Positions 28,769 to 39,381 of a DNA stretch of 64,000 bases are shown in pieces. Source of the DNA: a virus; the IMG/VR virus record IMGVR_UViG_3300034110_001237, positions 97,698 through 161,697 of that record; one strand, 5' to 3'. The notes below the pieces were generated by a model, which saw only the letters and a program-made list of their open reading frames with translations, was not told the origin of the DNA and did not search any database. Position 1 is the stretch's first letter, and each line of letters opens with the position of its first letter. A program made the position numbers and the translations under genes.

Positions 28769-29038
28769 ATGCACTATTTGAAATACCTGTTTGATTGGAA
28801 CAACCACCCTATTCGAACACTCTACGTCTTAATTCCTATTGTTATCCTTAAATTTGGCTATTTGTTGGCATATTCTGTTGCACAGATAACGGTTAATCAA
28901 TACTGGGTTCCCTTGATTATTACGGTGCTTGGATTTATTCTCTTTGTGGTTTGTGTCTGGCCCCTATATCGCATTATTCGTGATAAGGAAGCCGCAAACA
29001 AAACTCAAAAAAAACAACAATTTGATGAAAAACATTAA
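28769..29038 (+). CDS. small two-TM membrane protein
   Basis: two hydrophobic segments. Confidence 0.7.
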   Translation: MHYLKYLFDWNNHPIRTLYVLIPIVILKFGYLLAYSVAQITVNQYWVPLIITVLGFILFVVCVWPLYRIIRDKEAANKTQKKQQFDEKH

Positions 29039-29161
29039 ATTATTGACCATTTTTAATTTTAGTGTTATAATTTAACTCTAAATTAGACACCAGCTAATGC
29101 CACCCCATTAGTTTGGATAGAAACATTGATAATAATATTTTACAATTTTTGGAGTCCTACA

Positions 29162-29494
29162 ATGACTAACGCTACTATTAAGATCGACAATAAAGAAATT
29201 TCTACTCTAGCTGCTGAATGGCTGGATGCTATTGAAACCATTCCTAACGAAAGCATTTACTCTAAAATGAAAGTACGAGAAGAGTCAATGAACTTGTGGA
29301 ACATGTTCCGAACCAACTGCGATGTGCTGGTTAATGGTGATGTTTCTATTGTTGTGGCCGAAACTGACATCATGGCAAAGTCGAAGGCATATGCGGTGTT
29401 TGTGCATTCCCTACCAGAAGATATTCGTGAGTTGTTTAATCACAAGTTTGAAAATTTTTGGGAAGCGGTTTGTTCCCATATGGTTCTCAGATAA
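29162..29494 (+). CDS. hypothetical protein
   Basis: GGAG RBS before ATG at 29162. Confidence 0.75.
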   Translation: MTNATIKIDNKEISTLAAEWLDAIETIPNESIYSKMKVREESMNLWNMFRTNCDVLVNGDVSIVVAETDIMAKSKAYAVFVHSLPEDIRELFNHKFENFWEAVCSHMVLR

Positions 29495-29524
29495 GCAGAC
29501 ATGAATAAAGCCTCTTCGGAGGCT

Positions 29525-30427
29525 TTATTTTTTGAATATTACATCGAGTTTGCCAACATAGTCGTTGATGTTAGGTAGTCCATCACATAGGTAATCTGCG
29601 TTAAAACTACTGCCAATATTTGAAAAATATCTTCTTTCCATTGTACACATATAATCTTTTGGTGATTTTTCAGTCCTAACGATGACTTCATTTGGCACAT
29701 CCAGTAATGTGGTCGATTGAACACCATCCATTCTTATCTTTAAGCTTTGTTCTAGGCTTGGAATGATATAGTTTTCTGGATACACATCATTTTCTTGGCT
29801 TCTCATTGAACCATTGACTTCATAAATATCTCGTTGTGCCTTATAGACATCATCGCTGTAATCAAATGTAATCAACACATTCAAATTACCCAATGAATTT
29901 TGCAATGATGTTGTATTTTCTATTAGTTGAATATCTTTATTATTCGCAAGCCCTGCATACTCTATATTGTATCTTTTATGATTCCCACTTGGAACCAATT
30001 GTGGATTTCTTTTTAATTCAATAGAAATCATGGGAAATGAATAGGATGGTTTATTTTCATTCATTTCATAATTTTCATTAGGTAATAATGATTTTAAAGC
30101 TGCATTAGTCGTTTGTTTTTCAATGTCAGACACAATAACTCTTCTCAATGGAATTTTAAAACTATTATCAATAGTATAACGTCTACCCTGTAAAAGCATT
30201 TGTTCTTTTTTTCTGTATAATTCTGGATCGATTTTGTCTATGGCAGTATTTAATTCTTCATCTTCAATACCTACAAACGAATCTTTTTTAACGGTTTGAA
30301 CGGTTTCTACTGTTTCTGCATGGTTAATGCCTTCTACTTCAACCACTTTGTCTTCTTTTACGTTGTAATACAAAATACCACTAATTGCTATTACTGGTAT
30401 CCATATCAGTACATCTTTTTTAGCCAT
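29525..30427 (-). CDS. membrane-anchored hypothetical protein
   Basis: AAGGA RBS; single N-terminal TM segment. Confidence 0.75.
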   Translation of the reverse strand: MAKKDVLIWIPVIAISGILYYNVKEDKVVEVEGINHAETVETVQTVKKDSFVGIEDEELNTAIDKIDPELYRKKEQMLLQGRRYTIDNSFKIPLRRVIVSDIEKQTTNAALKSLLPNENYEMNENKPSYSFPMISIELKRNPQLVPSGNHKRYNIEYAGLANNKDIQLIENTTSLQNSLGNLNVLITFDYSDDVYKAQRDIYEVNGSMRSQENDVYPENYIIPSLEQSLKIRMDGVQSTTLLDVPNEVIVRTEKSPKDYMCTMERRYFSNIGSSFNADYLCDGLPNINDYVGKLDVIFKK

Positions 30428-30729
30428 CTTAAATTCCTTTAGGTATTCTTTAAATAAGACCATATAATCATTATAATGTCAATATATTCCTTTTTATATA
30501 ATGTTATTTTTAATCATTAGAGTGTTCATTTAATTTGAATAATTGCAACAAAAATGTCATGTTAAAATTTTAACTTTTCTTATTTAATTGAGGATTAACC
30601 TTATATTTTGTTTTCAAATCAATTAACTGATTACTTATTGAAAATATTTTAAAATTTATTTTTATTCTTTATTTTCGTTTTTGCAATATTAAATTTGAAT
30701 CAAAAAAAAGAGCCGCTAGGCTCTTTGTC

Positions 30730-30987
30730 TTATTGTTTTGGTACATACACTGGTGTTGGTAATGTCTTACCATCAAAACAACGATGTGGTCCAGCTAAAT
30801 GCCAGACTTTCTCATCATCTTGCGTTCCGATGTATTCACAATTTTCTATCTGGAATTTCTTGTAGCTGAAACCATAACCTGTTGTTTGTAACTTGGTGTC
30901 GCTGAAACTGTTGTCATTGACCGCGTTCGCACAACCAGTTAACAGAACAGCACCTGCTAACAACACTCCATACATTAACTTATTCAT
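30730..30987 (-). CDS. small lipoprotein
   Basis: lipobox LTGC; AAGGAG RBS. Confidence 0.75.
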   Translation of the reverse strand: MNKLMYGVLLAGAVLLTGCANAVNDNSFSDTKLQTTGYGFSYKKFQIENCEYIGTQDDEKVWHLAGPHRCFDGKTLPTPVYVPKQ

Positions 30988-31097
30988 TCAAACTCCTTTT
31001 AGTCATTAACCACTTTATAGAATAAATAAAGCTTTAAGTCAACTACTAATAAGATTTTTAATTAAATTAATCAATATTATATAACTTATAAAATCAA

Positions 31098-31544
31098 TTA
31101 AACATTCAATTTTTTAACTTTTCGAATCTCTTTCAATTTGTGTTCAATCTTGCCTTTTTCGAAATTGCAGTCCATACACATAGTCTGGGTGTTTGTAATG
31201 CTGTCAGCCCCGCCCAACGAACGAGCCAGAATATGGTCGTGGGTCATGAGTACCTGTTGACCATTTTCACGAATAGCCCATAGGTTAAGGTGGTAGTTTT
31301 CATCAATAGCGTGACGTTCCATTGCAAAGAAGGCTGCTTTCACACCACAGTCAACACATTCAGTGCCATGCACAACAAATGTCAGTAGACGCAATGAACT
31401 CAATTTAACTTGTTGACCAGAAAATTCAACTCGTTTGGATTTGTTCTTTTCTTTATTCGTTGGGGGATTGTCATTGTAATCTTTGATTGCTTTTAGAGTT
31501 TCATTAAGATCGCACTCTTTCAGCCGGACGTAATTAGTAGCCAT
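31098..31544 (-). CDS. HNH endonuclease
   Basis: CVDC...THDHILARSLGG...N...MC..CN..KG. Confidence 0.85.
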   Translation of the reverse strand: MATNYVRLKECDLNETLKAIKDYNDNPPTNKEKNKSKRVEFSGQQVKLSSLRLLTFVVHGTECVDCGVKAAFFAMERHAIDENYHLNLWAIRENGQQVLMTHDHILARSLGGADSITNTQTMCMDCNFEKGKIEHKLKEIRKVKKLNV

Positions 31545-31644
31545 GATGTTTTGTTCCTTGCCTTTGTTCGATTAACCTAAGTATACCAAAATAACTTCGA
31601 AAAATCCAGTATTTAGACAATAAAAAATCGCCATTAGGCGACTT

Positions 31645-31992
31645 TTAAGGTTTTGATGGTTTCCATCTTGGGTTTATGTCAGCAAGCTTGCTTTCAGTGA
31701 TAGTCGTAGGTTTTAAGGATGATGTAATAAATGCTCCTATTTCTCTCTCATTAACTTTGTAACTGGTTTTGTTGTCTGATTTTTCAGCTTCAACTTTGTA
31801 TTCCTGACCTCTGAATTCTACTCTTACTGCTGTCACTGGACTTGCTTCGTTGATTTTCAATCCTTCAATTCTTGGTTTACCGACTTCGATTTCACCTGTT
31901 TGAAGGTTGACTAAACATTCTTTTTGAATGCTTTTACCATCTGCTCTTGTTTCTACAAAGGACGCTTTCTTTTTAACATCAGTTTCTTTCAT
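31645..31992 (-). CDS. hypothetical protein
   Basis: ORF ending at terminator; basic tail PRWKPSKP. Confidence 0.7.
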   Translation of the reverse strand: MKETDVKKKASFVETRADGKSIQKECLVNLQTGEIEVGKPRIEGLKINEASPVTAVRVEFRGQEYKVEAEKSDNKTSYKVNEREIGAFITSSLKPTTITESKLADINPRWKPSKP

Positions 31993-32110
31993 AATTAAAT
32001 CTCGTGTTTTTTATTATTATATCATATTTAAAATATTCCTCAAATTTCTTGTTGCCGATGGTTTCGTAATCTGTTATAATCCATCCATTATTCATTATTG
32101 AGGATTCATC

Positions 32111-32599
32111 ATGAACACTGTTCGCCTTACCACCATCGTCAATGCTTACAAGGGTCATCCAGAATTTGATATTAAAAGTCTTGATGATGTAGATAGTCTC
32201 TTGGATTTTGTTGCTCATAAACACTTTGATTCAGCAGCCCAGGCTCTCAAATCACTTACTTCTGGCTTTGGGTTCTATCCAGAATCACATAAGACTGAGG
32301 AAGAATTTTGTAAGGCTATTCGGGTTGAGTTAATGGCTGTTGGTAAAGCTCATTACCATCAAGAAATGGCTAATCGTATTGACTTTATTATGGACAGTCC
32401 ACATTTTAATCTGTTCATGCCTGTTCTGTTGCCAGCTCTTAGCACGGAACGTCATATTGTTTTAAACAGTGAAAAATTGGATGAGGCCATTAAGTTTTAT
32501 TCGGAACGTGGTGAAGTTTTTGACCTTGTGATTGCAGGGCTTTTGGTTCAAATTGGTAAACTGAGTAAACAAATGAATACTTATTGCGAAGGGCATTAA
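32111..32599 (+). CDS. hypothetical protein
   Basis: TGTTATAAT promoter, GAGGA RBS. Confidence 0.8.
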   Translation: MNTVRLTTIVNAYKGHPEFDIKSLDDVDSLLDFVAHKHFDSAAQALKSLTSGFGFYPESHKTEEEFCKAIRVELMAVGKAHYHQEMANRIDFIMDSPHFNLFMPVLLPALSTERHIVLNSEKLDEAIKFYSERGEVFDLVIAGLLVQIGKLSKQMNTYCEGH

Positions 32600-32600
32600 A

Positions 32601-33065
32601 ATGAAAAAAACAGAAGTGCAGAAGCCACAATTGCAAAAACTCAAAGCTCAACATCTGAAAAGCTTTCAAGAAGCAATTGTTGTCGCTGAATCTATTGCGA
32701 AAGAGCGAGCCGCTAACATTTGTTTTTACGCTGGTTCGAATAGAGTTGAAATGAATCGTATGATTGCAGCTAATAACTCAGAATGTGCTCAGTTTACGGC
32801 TGTCTATGAAAAGTTTTATGATCATTTTGAAGCTCAGTTCCTAACTGATTTGGACATTGAACCTTTTTCTGATACAGATGTGTCGATTATGGAACAATTG
32901 TTCAAAATTAAAACAGACAGCATGAGCAAAGCAAAAGACGACCTGTTGCGTTATAGCACTGACAATATGGTATCGTTTAGTATTACGGCTGAAATCAGTC
33001 GAGTAAGCTTTGTTTATCAAGACATCATTGACATTGTTAAAGAACATTATATGTTGAAGAAATGA
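32601..33065 (+). CDS. hypothetical protein
   Basis: coupled ORF in operon. Confidence 0.75.
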   Translation: MKKTEVQKPQLQKLKAQHLKSFQEAIVVAESIAKERAANICFYAGSNRVEMNRMIAANNSECAQFTAVYEKFYDHFEAQFLTDLDIEPFSDTDVSIMEQLFKIKTDSMSKAKDDLLRYSTDNMVSFSITAEISRVSFVYQDIIDIVKEHYMLKK

Positions 33066-33610
33066 ATAAAAATATTGAAAAAATAAAACGCCAACTGAAT
33101 AAACCCTTAGCGAGTAATGGTGTGTCCCTTGTTCGCTGGGGTGGGTTGTCTATGGTTCGCCAGAAAGGTAACTATGGTCGAGATACATTCCATGCAGCAC
33201 CCGAACGTTACGGCTTCTATGCCTTTCTTTTTCCTTTCATTGATTTGTTCCTCATTAGTTCAACTAAAAAAACTGAATTTGACGCAGGTGTTCGTAAAGA
33301 ATTTCATGCCATTGATGGTTTTATCTGGACACACCTTAAACCTTACGATTCATCTATGATTGTTGATGTCCGAGGGGACTGGTTCAAAGTTCATGTAAAA
33401 CATCTTAACAAAATGGTTCAAAAAGCATTTGCGGTTGAGAGTTCTGTTATCCAAGCCGACTACTTTTTTGAAAACCCAGAAAAAAGGGTACCGTGGAAGT
33501 GCAATCAAGACAAGGAATTGAAAGTTCAACGAGTGAATGCTTATGGTGGTTATGGTCGTATGATTGACAATTTAGAAGTCTTTGTGTGCCGTGACACCAA
33601 AATTTCGTAA
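33062..33610 (+). CDS. hypothetical protein
   Basis: ATGA overlap with previous gene. Confidence 0.8.
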   Translation: MNKNIEKIKRQLNKPLASNGVSLVRWGGLSMVRQKGNYGRDTFHAAPERYGFYAFLFPFIDLFLISSTKKTEFDAGVRKEFHAIDGFIWTHLKPYDSSMIVDVRGDWFKVHVKHLNKMVQKAFAVESSVIQADYFFENPEKRVPWKCNQDKELKVQRVNAYGGYGRMIDNLEVFVCRDTKIS

Positions 33611-33697
33611 TTTCTATTGGTCAACTGACAAAAGCTCTTGTTTATTACCTCTTTTCTTGCTATACTACACTCAATCAAACAGAAAAGAGAGTTTATT

Positions 33698-33997
33698 ATG
33701 AACGGTTTACATGTTTTTGATCTAACATCGGCACTCTTTGATACACCTACTCCACAACCTGAACAATATGTTGAAGTTCGCTTACAATTTAATGATAGTC
33801 AAGTTGTAGAAACTGTTAATTTTCAAAGTCTCAATGTTTTTAACTTTATTTCCGACTCCGTAACTGTTCTTCGTTGGAAGCACATTTCCGAAATTGATGG
33901 TGAGAAAGATGTGTTGAGTGATGGCACCAGCTTGGACAGTATGACCACCTACTTTGCCCAATTAGAAAAAAACGCTAAAAAACAAATCAAACGCTAA
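33698..33997 (+). CDS. hypothetical protein
   Basis: TATACT promoter; GAGAG RBS before ATG at 33698. Confidence 0.7.
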   Translation: MNGLHVFDLTSALFDTPTPQPEQYVEVRLQFNDSQVVETVNFQSLNVFNFISDSVTVLRWKHISEIDGEKDVLSDGTSLDSMTTYFAQLEKNAKKQIKR

Positions 33998-34010
33998 TAA
34001 GGACTATATT

Positions 34011-34205
34011 ATGACTCCTGAACAACGTATTTTGCACGGCCAACGCGAAAGCGACGATGATGGTTTTACTTATGTGGCTGGTAAGCACAAAGCTGGTCGT
34101 GTTAAACGCACCCGTAACAAGCAAGCTACTGCTCGTTGCATCCGTAACGATAAACGCTCTGTCAAAGCCGCTGAAACCCAGCGTATGCTTAAAGAGTCTG
34201 TCTAA
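34011..34205 (+). CDS. small basic protein
   Basis: TAAGGA RBS; Arg/Lys-rich; codon choice typical of highly expressed genes (CGT, AAC, GCT). Confidence 0.75.
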   Translation: MTPEQRILHGQRESDDDGFTYVAGKHKAGRVKRTRNKQATARCIRNDKRSVKAAETQRMLKESV

Positions 34206-34262
34206 ATCAACAAGGATTTTGAGCCTTGTTTTTAATTCCCTAATTGTGTATCGAGGTTTATC

Positions 34263-34760
34263 ATGGAAAACACCATCACTGCTATTCCAGTTGTATCGAA
34301 AGAAGTCAACTATTTCCGTTCTTCTACGATTAAAGTCATTCCAGAAACTGACCGAGCTGGCATTGAACAATTGGCTTCGATTGAAATTAAAGAACCGATG
34401 TTTGCGGTTAGTGAAGGCGAGCGGAATTATATTTATTCCTTTTCAAAAGTCTTTGATGGCATTGACAAGGAGATTTTAAAAATTAAGGAAAATAGATATA
34501 CTACTATTTTAATGAGTGCTGTTTCTCTTGTTATCGCTTTATTCTGTTTTGGCTTATTAAAAGGTATGGGTAGCATGACGCCAATGATTGGTTTTTTTTC
34601 CATTATTTTCTTTGTGTTTTCTTTGTGGTGTATGTTTACTACTAATTATAAACAGATGATTAAAAATCTTGAAGTTAAAAAGTCCTATGTATTGAATGAA
34701 AGTCAGAACTATTTGAAAAATCTTGAACAAGAAGTCAGAAAGCCTGTTGTTGTTGTCTAA
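34263..34760 (+). CDS. two-TM membrane protein
   Basis: GAGG RBS; two hydrophobic segments. Confidence 0.75.
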   Translation: MENTITAIPVVSKEVNYFRSSTIKVIPETDRAGIEQLASIEIKEPMFAVSEGERNYIYSFSKVFDGIDKEILKIKENRYTTILMSAVSLVIALFCFGLLKGMGSMTPMIGFFSIIFFVFSLWCMFTTNYKQMIKNLEVKKSYVLNESQNYLKNLEQEVRKPVVVV

Positions 34761-34903
34761 CCTTGCTTTGATTTGAACAGCCACTTCGGTGGCTTTTTTG
34801 TTATCTGAATTTTATCTATTTTATAAAAATCTCAACCCTTATACCTTTGTGGTTGATTTTTTTAACAATTAGTGTTAAACTCAAAAAATATTGGAGATTT
34901 CTT

Positions 34904-36406
34904 ATGTCTAAAATAACAACAGAAGATTGTAAATCATTCCTTTTGGATCTATATAACGATAAAAAAGTGACTGATTGGAAGCGAATTCGTAAATTTAAAG
35001 ACGAAAATGGCGACTCATGCCGAGATTTTTCTCATTCTGATGGAACTTCTCTTACTTTGATTGAAAAAAATGGTCAATTATCCGTTCTGCCATTAGCAGT
35101 ATTAACCAATTTTATTGAAAATGACAAACCGCCAGTAGCATCCACAAAAAATGTAAAATCAAAAGGTATTTCAATTTTGCCATTGATTCTTGAAGATAAC
35201 AATGAATTGATAAAAAAAGCTCAATTTACAGTATTTTATGAAACACAACTGAAATCAGCCAAACGATTGGTGAATGCGTTCGCCAAACCAAAAGAAGACC
35301 CAATCACACCCAATTCCGATGCCAAAGGTTTTGATGCCATTCCCAACCTTATTTATTTCTCATTTCTTGAAGACGCGAACTGCGATGAAATCGAATATTT
35401 AGAAACGATTGCTAAGGACATGAACTTCAATGCTTTAATGAATGACATTGTTGTTTTCTTTATCCCATCGACTGTTTCATCCATGTGTGATCACCTTTCT
35501 CCATTGATTGAACCACTGTTGCCAGTCCCACTGCAGGAAGTTGAAGAAATGTCGTTCAAGTTGAATGACAGCACCTTGACTGTTACTGATGTATTTGAAC
35601 AACTCACCAAGGCTGGCTTTGTCTATAATCCAGATGGTTGTGCTTTGAAGTCTCTGTTTACTCAATACCAGTTGATTGCCATTGATCCTGTTATCAATCC
35701 AAATGACAAAACGGCTGAATATAAAAAGGCTTTCTTGTCTGCATTGAAAAAAGATGATGCAATCAAAATGAAAGCATTGATTGATTCTGGTTTGCCGTTG
35801 ACGTTTAAGATCAGTGGACAGTCGCTATTAGGCAAAACGATGTATGAGTGTAAATTCGAGTGCTTTAAATATTTGTCGTCCCTTTACACCAACACTGCTA
35901 ACATAGGTAATGGTATTGCTGATGAAGTGTGGGAACATGTTTGGTGGAAAACTGACTGTTCATCTTATTTTATGGCTAATTGTCATTATGACTTCACACA
36001 TTCCAACAAAAATGCTCATCGTCATTTAGTGAGTACGCTGGTGCATCATACCACTTATTTCGATAAGGTTAAACATAATGTGAACCCTGAGTTCTTTGCA
36101 GTTTCCTGTCTTGAATGCACCTTAACACATGATAGGGCTTATGAGTTGTTTAAAGAGTTTGTAAAAAAAGCCATTGATGAATATCCAGAAGCGGTTTCTT
36201 CAAACAAGCAACTGGCTGAAGATCTTGTTCATGGCTTTATCATTCCACCTGTTTTAGAGCTTTTGGCTGGAAGTTCTTGCACTTTTAAGGGAAAGACTGT
36301 ATTTGAAGTTGTGCAGGCTAAAATTGATGAAATAGGCCATGATCCAAAAGGATATATCAACAAGATTAATTATTACAAAGCTTTTTTGAGAAAGCATGCT
36401 CGATAA
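34904..36406 (+). CDS. hypothetical protein, possible ankyrin-like repeat in C-terminal half
   Basis: GGAG RBS; ALKKDDAIKMKALIDSG...GQSLL. Confidence 0.7.
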   Translation: MSKITTEDCKSFLLDLYNDKKVTDWKRIRKFKDENGDSCRDFSHSDGTSLTLIEKNGQLSVLPLAVLTNFIENDKPPVASTKNVKSKGISILPLILEDNNELIKKAQFTVFYETQLKSAKRLVNAFAKPKEDPITPNSDAKGFDAIPNLIYFSFLEDANCDEIEYLETIAKDMNFNALMNDIVVFFIPSTVSSMCDHLSPLIEPLLPVPLQEVEEMSFKLNDSTLTVTDVFEQLTKAGFVYNPDGCALKSLFTQYQLIAIDPVINPNDKTAEYKKAFLSALKKDDAIKMKALIDSGLPLTFKISGQSLLGKTMYECKFECFKYLSSLYTNTANIGNGIADEVWEHVWWKTDCSSYFMANCHYDFTHSNKNAHRHLVSTLVHHTTYFDKVKHNVNPEFFAVSCLECTLTHDRAYELFKEFVKKAIDEYPEAVSSNKQLAEDLVHGFIIPPVLELLAGSSCTFKGKTVFEVVQAKIDEIGHDPKGYINKINYYKAFLRKHAR

Positions 36407-36499
36407 TATTGAATAAACCACTTCGGTGGTTTTTTTGTGACTGTTTAAAAGACAACAAAAAGCCCCACATCAGTGAGGCTTAGTCATTTTTTAAATTGA

Positions 36500-37216
36500 T
36501 TACAGGAAATGAGCGTTGCTTTTAGGCGTTAACTCATAACCAAACGACTGCAGAAATTTTTTGTCGAAGGCGATGATTTTGTCACGGTGTTTCTCACATT
36601 CTTCCGGTTCTTCAATTTTATTGGCTTCAATGGCCGAAGCAGTGAACAAATTACCGTAGATTTCTACCAGTGCCATTTGGTCAGCATCAATAGTACCAAT
36701 CTTGTGAATAGGCGTATGTCCGATTTTATCTTCCCAACCACGAATAACGGTTTGTTCGTTAATCAGTCCCGGCATGGAATCCATTGCAGCGACCATCAAA
36801 GTAAACGAATTATCTGGCATAGAGCTTGTTTCGTCTGTGATGTAACCAAACAATGACACTTTCACACCATCATTAGGCACCAGTGCAACTTTTTTACGCG
36901 ATTTGGCAACACTGCCATAACGGTATTTGCGGTAACCAGACAGCATATTCTTTTTAGCATCCGTTGGCTTGCCATCCCGAGCATCTTGAAAGAGTTCAAG
37001 GTAGACAGGTAAGCTTACCATCATCTTGTTGGTGACACCCAAGCAGATATGATCCGAAGCGTGATGATAATGGGACACAATGATATTGTCAGAAGGGCTA
37101 TAATGTTTTGGGAGGCGTTCAGGGTCATGAAGCCCTAGACGGTATTGCTCTTCAAACAGAGGAATGTTATCACGGTCAATGTCGTGACGGATAGCGATGA
37201 CGACTTGGTTGCCCAT
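36500..37216 (-). CDS. hypothetical protein
   Basis: GGAG RBS; terminator downstream. Confidence 0.8.
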   Translation of the reverse strand: MGNQVVIAIRHDIDRDNIPLFEEQYRLGLHDPERLPKHYSPSDNIIVSHYHHASDHICLGVTNKMMVSLPVYLELFQDARDGKPTDAKKNMLSGYRKYRYGSVAKSRKKVALVPNDGVKVSLFGYITDETSSMPDNSFTLMVAAMDSMPGLINEQTVIRGWEDKIGHTPIHKIGTIDADQMALVEIYGNLFTASAIEANKIEEPEECEKHRDKIIAFDKKFLQSFGYELTPKSNAHFL

Positions 37217-37346
37217 TTTTGAATCTCCAATAGTGTTGATGGGCCTATTTTACTCAAAATTCATTGGAATGTACAGGTTTTTTATTCATTTTTTTTATGT
37301 TGTTACTTAGACATTATTGTGCTATAATAACGATTAATTCAAAATT

Positions 37347-37970
37347 ATGAAGGCATTTTTTATTATGAGAGAAACGGTTTATTCATTAATTGATATCCCC
37401 ATTACTATTATTGATAATTATAAAGCACCTGCAAGTCAATTTCAGCATCAGCCTAGGGTTTTTCATTACAATCAAAATTTTTCAACATATGGTTGTAAAT
37501 TATCTCGTTACCAAAAACATGGTAAAAAGATTTTTAGATTTGAAGGTGATAAAACAATAAAACTAAGATCACAAGCATTTATTTTTGATATTCCACAATC
37601 AAATTCTGCTATTTTTTATATAAATTTTGATGCCTTCTTTAACATAGAGTCTGTTCTTTTTGAATCCAATTCAAAAGATATGGGAAAATTTTCATTTACA
37701 AAGATAAAGCTTAATTTTGACAAAAATTTAACTTTGATAGATTATGATTATTCATATGTTGAATTGAGAAATAAGATTGATATTTCTATAAAGAAAGATT
37801 TGAATAAATTAATGTCATTTGATGATGAAGTTATTTTGTGGCAGTTATTTAATCATCAATCTGATGAAGTTAAGTATTTGATTCCTGAGTATCATATTCC
37901 TTCTGCTTATAATTTTAAACATCCCGAATTCATAGATCGTTTGAATGTTCTGTCCATGTTAATTCTTTAA
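37347..37970 (+). CDS. paralog family B protein
   Basis: ends LIPEYHIPSAYNFKHPEFIDRLNVLSMLIL; start may be 37365. Confidence 0.8.
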   Translation: MKAFFIMRETVYSLIDIPITIIDNYKAPASQFQHQPRVFHYNQNFSTYGCKLSRYQKHGKKIFRFEGDKTIKLRSQAFIFDIPQSNSAIFYINFDAFFNIESVLFESNSKDMGKFSFTKIKLNFDKNLTLIDYDYSYVELRNKIDISIKKDLNKLMSFDDEVILWQLFNHQSDEVKYLIPEYHIPSAYNFKHPEFIDRLNVLSMLIL

Positions 37971-38004
37971 TTATAATAATTTAACTCTGAAATTAGGTGT
38001 AATA

Positions 38005-38697
38005 ATGCTAACTTTAACTAAAACACATATAGAAACAGAAGTCTTTAAAAAGACTATCTTGATTACGCCTGAGCATGGTTCCTATGAACAGTTTGTAAGC
38101 GAATATAAAAAAGATATTTTTAAAAAAGTTCAAGCGGTCATGGAATTCATCAGTCTTAAAATGGACGCAGAGTTACGATTTCAAGTCAATGACTTTGATA
38201 ATATCTATGAAATTGCTTTGATGAAATTTAATTTTAGAAAAGTTACAGAAGGTCGATATACCACTTGCATTATTACCTTTGATGGGTATCTAACCTTTGA
38301 GTGCAATTCATTTGCTTTTAAATTCGACAATGCTTATTCTTATTTTTACGCAACTTTGGATAAACAGTTAGATCTTGTTCATTTTGAATACTCATCAGTT
38401 CAATATGATAAACATAATGTTGATCGTAGCATCAACTTGAAGTTTGACAAAGACACTGATATGACAGAATATTATTACACAGTTCGCTCTACTTTTTTTG
38501 GATGGGAGATTGGTCGGTTAAAAAGCAAAGACATGCTTTGCCCTTATGCGGATGAATTGTTTTTACACGCTACCATTACAAAAAGAACACCTTTGATGGA
38601 TGATTTATTTCCAGAACTGTCTGTTGATGGAGTTTATGATTTTGCCTCAGATGACTTTAAACGTCGATTCACTTTATTTGAAATGTCATTAATCTAA
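38005..38697 (+). CDS. paralog family B protein
   Basis: ends FPELSVDGVYDFASDDFKRRFTLFEMSLI. Confidence 0.8.
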   Translation: MLTLTKTHIETEVFKKTILITPEHGSYEQFVSEYKKDIFKKVQAVMEFISLKMDAELRFQVNDFDNIYEIALMKFNFRKVTEGRYTTCIITFDGYLTFECNSFAFKFDNAYSYFYATLDKQLDLVHFEYSSVQYDKHNVDRSINLKFDKDTDMTEYYYTVRSTFFGWEIGRLKSKDMLCPYADELFLHATITKRTPLMDDLFPELSVDGVYDFASDDFKRRFTLFEMSLI

Positions 38698-38709
38698 TTA
38701 GGAGTTATT

Positions 38710-39360
38710 ATGTCAACTGCATTAAAACAAGTCGATCCAGCCACTGGTGTAACTGAATTAGGTTATAATCGCTATATCGTTGAAAAAGTGATTGAAAAAG
38801 TTCATAGAATTTTTGGTCAAATTGAAAACAGGTTACAACTTAAATTTGAGTACAAACTTGTCTTGACTGATCATGGTCATTTATCTATTAATGGCGTTAA
38901 TAATCATGTCATTTCAAGTGATCCTTGGATAACCAGCAAAGGAATTCAAGAAATGAACTTCAGATGTTCTGGCTTTCCATTTACTTTGCGGGGTGGTGAT
39001 CGATCTAAACTTTCAATTAGTTTTAATAAATATTTTGATATTGAAGTTATTCATTTTACATGTATGTCAAAAAAAGCGAATCATTATGAAAAAATTGATG
39101 TTAGATTTGACAAAAATATAGAATTAGAATCTATCAACTTTAATCCCAATTATCCACAAACTGATACTGAGGTTTTTAAGTCCGTAAAACATAATAATCT
39201 TTTGTCATTTGATGATGAAGTTATTTTGTTTCAGTTATCACAAAATACAAGTGTTGAAATCAAAGAATTGATTCCAGAATATCACATTCCAGCAGCTTAT
39301 GACTTTTCATCACAAGATTTTGCTGACCGATTTAAAGTATTTTCGATGTTGACACTTTAA
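38710..39360 (+). CDS. paralog family B protein
   Basis: ends LIPEYHIPAAYDFSSQDFADRFKVFSMLTL. Confidence 0.8.
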   Translation: MSTALKQVDPATGVTELGYNRYIVEKVIEKVHRIFGQIENRLQLKFEYKLVLTDHGHLSINGVNNHVISSDPWITSKGIQEMNFRCSGFPFTLRGGDRSKLSISFNKYFDIEVIHFTCMSKKANHYEKIDVRFDKNIELESINFNPNYPQTDTEVFKSVKHNNLLSFDDEVILFQLSQNTSVEIKELIPEYHIPAAYDFSSQDFADRFKVFSMLTL

Positions 39361-39381
39361 CCTATTTGAGAGTAATTCATT

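Noticed and set aside
30464-30720. Replication origin in very AT-rich gap
   Set aside because: No iterons, DnaA boxes or Rep gene recognised.
33987-34479. ORFs 33987..34370(-) and 34057..34479(+)
   Set aside because: Overlap 34011..34205 and 34263..34760, which have clear RBSs.
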